Part shown: positions 62,563 through 64,000 of the stretch, piece after piece
How the letters are laid out: each line of letters begins with the position of its first letter
Numbering within the stretch: position 1 is the first letter of the stretch
Assembly (NCBI GenBank): GCA_902774075.1
Contig: CACYGT010000001.1
Span: 7,820-71,819, forward strand
Length of the DNA: 64,000 bases
Direction: 5' to 3'
From: an uncultured Bacteroidales bacterium
GTDB lineage: Bacteria; Bacteroidota; Bacteroidia; Bacteroidales; Paludibacteraceae
Notes under the pieces: generated by a model
Databases searched by the model: none
Seen by the model: only the letters and a program-made list of their open reading frames with translations
What the model was told of the DNA's origin: nothing
Position numbers and translations under genes: made by a program

Positions 62563-63998
62563 TGGATCTCTGCTAATAAAGCTAACATCTTATTACCCAG
62601 TTGGGTCTTTTTCTCGATATGTTCCAGCACGGCCTTAACGAAAGAGTTGGACTCAAACGACCCACGCACCTCTTCGAAGTCTGCTTCCGCCTGCTCACGA
62701 TCACCGTCTGCACCAAAACCGGTCTGGCTGTTGAGATCGAACTCCTTGCGCGCATCGTCATAGACCATCTGGTCCAGTTTGACTACCGCATTACGCCAGT
62801 CTTGTACGGTCTTGCGGATCTGATCCAGCGTCACATTCTCTACGCTGCAACCCCATACCTTCTCCAGTTTATCCAGCGCCCATGTCCATTCGTACGAATA
62901 ATAGTTCGTGTGCATCTCCACGAGACGTGCCTGGATCTGCTCGAGATTGACTGCACCGGCTTCTATATCGTCAGCCAAACGTGTCACTTCGCTACGAGGC
63001 GCAATCAGTCCGGCCATATCGACCCAGTCCCCCAAGCCTCGCTCACTGTCCGGCCGCAATGCGGCACGCAGTTCCGCCATCGAGTGCCATTCGGCTTTCT
63101 CCAGACGGCTGATGAGACTATTACCTAAGAACTTTTGAATACCAATCGTATAGAGTTCGCGACCGTGACGAAGCGAGGTGTTACGGATCTTACAGTTCTT
63201 GTAGCCGTATACCTCGGTGTTCTCACCGCTCAGCGCTTGCAGTTCGTCCAGCACCTCACGACCACGCCACATCTTTTGTACCGTGTACGGACTCAGAAGA
63301 TTGAAGTTAATCAAATCCAACTGATGCGGGTCCTTGCGATTATCACGCTTCGGCCATTTCTGTGCATCACGGATCGTACCTACGGTACGCAGGTTAGCGC
63401 CCGGCACCAGATAACTCTCAGCGTTGTTCTCTATCAGGTACGAGAACGGCAGGTCAGACGTGTCGGCATGATGGGTATGACGACCCATCACCAGACTGAA
63501 GGCACCGATCTTAGACGGCCATAAGAGGTAACTGTCACTTGTTGTCTTCGCGCCTCGCTCAGCTATACCCTGGTGGATAGGACCGAGTTTGTACATGTGG
63601 TTCGACTGGTTAGAACCCGAACCGGCATTGAGGAATGAGAACATACCGGCAATCAAGAGCGTGCTCTTGTGGTGCGTCACAGTGTATGGACCTGCGAAGA
63701 TAGCACAAGCCTCTCCGTGCATGCCTTGGCAGTTACTGAAGAACAGACTCTCCCCTGCCGAGTAGTGCTTGTCGAAGATCGTTCCTTGACCCACAAAACA
63801 CTTATCTACCAGCGTAGAGTCACCGATCTCTACTCCCGAAGCAATGATGAAATCCATACATTTCACACCGCTACCCAGACGAACCGGCGCCGAGGCGTTC
63901 GAGTTAACCGTTCCGTTCTTAAGACGACTCACACCGCTCAGTTCGGCATAGTCTCCGATACGGACGTTCTTGATGCTTCCGCAGTTCAAGATTCTCAC
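62559..63998 (-). CDS. Left-handed beta-helix-like protein (DUF4954-like), 5'-partial (start lies beyond the window end)
   Basis: ORF open to the window edge. The N-terminal visible part has hexapeptide-like turns (IKNVRIGDYAELSGVSRLKNGTV..). The C-terminal half is helical. Family name is from memory only. Confidence 0.45.
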   Translation of the reverse strand: MRILNCGSIKNVRIGDYAELSGVSRLKNGTVNSNASAPVRLGSGVKCMDFIIASGVEIGDSTLVDKCFVGQGTIFDKHYSAGESLFFSNCQGMHGEACAIFAGPYTVTHHKSTLLIAGMFSFLNAGSGSNQSNHMYKLGPIHQGIAERGAKTTSDSYLLWPSKIGAFSLVMGRHTHHADTSDLPFSYLIENNAESYLVPGANLRTVGTIRDAQKWPKRDNRKDPHQLDLINFNLLSPYTVQKMWRGREVLDELQALSGENTEVYGYKNCKIRNTSLRHGRELYTIGIQKFLGNSLISRLEKAEWHSMAELRAALRPDSERGLGDWVDMAGLIAPRSEVTRLADDIEAGAVNLEQIQARLVEMHTNYYSYEWTWALDKLEKVWGCSVENVTLDQIRKTVQDWRNAVVKLDQMVYDDARKEFDLNSQTGFGADGDREQAEADFEEVRGSFESNSFVKAVLEHIEKKTQLGNKMLALLAEIH

Positions 63999-64000
63999 GT

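Noticed and set aside
1-64000. A search for mobile elements, CRISPR arrays, restriction-modification or classic defence-island genes, and rRNA.
   Set aside because: None was recognised. There are no transposase, integrase or Cas-like ORFs, no regularly spaced direct repeats, and no rRNA-like segments. The only RNA gene found is tRNA-Pro.

Overview
This is a 64-kb chromosomal segment of a Bacteroidota (Bacteroidales-type) genome. The evidence is about a dozen copies of the TTTG / TAnnTTTG primary-sigma promoter, many lipoproteins, type IX secretion (T9SS) genes, and compact, often overlapping genes.

The left third (1-24.8 kb, + strand) looks like an accessory surface-protein locus:
- Two paralogous giant adhesin-like genes, each followed by a conserved micro-ORF and a homologous intrinsic terminator.
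- A terminator-free array of three secreted multidomain proteins (939, 429 and 1728 aa). The last has about ten tandem Cys-pair 'WY' domains and a canonical T9SS C-terminal domain.
- A linker-bearing outer-membrane beta-barrel, tsaB, and a PorW/SprE-like T9SS lipoprotein.

The rest is mostly housekeeping: tRNA-Pro, miaB, greA, HIT, M13 peptidase, a feoB-like gene, metG, cdaA, folP, a GldJ-like gene, gcvH, Nif3, miaA, glycogen genes, nagB, cysS, aroB, phoH, radA and rnz.

The most system-like element sits at 31.8-37.4 kb. Six translationally coupled genes join a sigma-less partner-switching module (a membrane sensor PP2C phosphatase fused to an RsbW-type kinase, plus a STAS protein) to a small alarmone synthetase, an APH-fold kinase, a small alarmone hydrolase and a CX5R phosphatase.

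I saw no transposase, integrase, CRISPR array or rRNA. All calls rest on motif recognition by eye from the sequence and ORF track; no database search or folding computation was possible.
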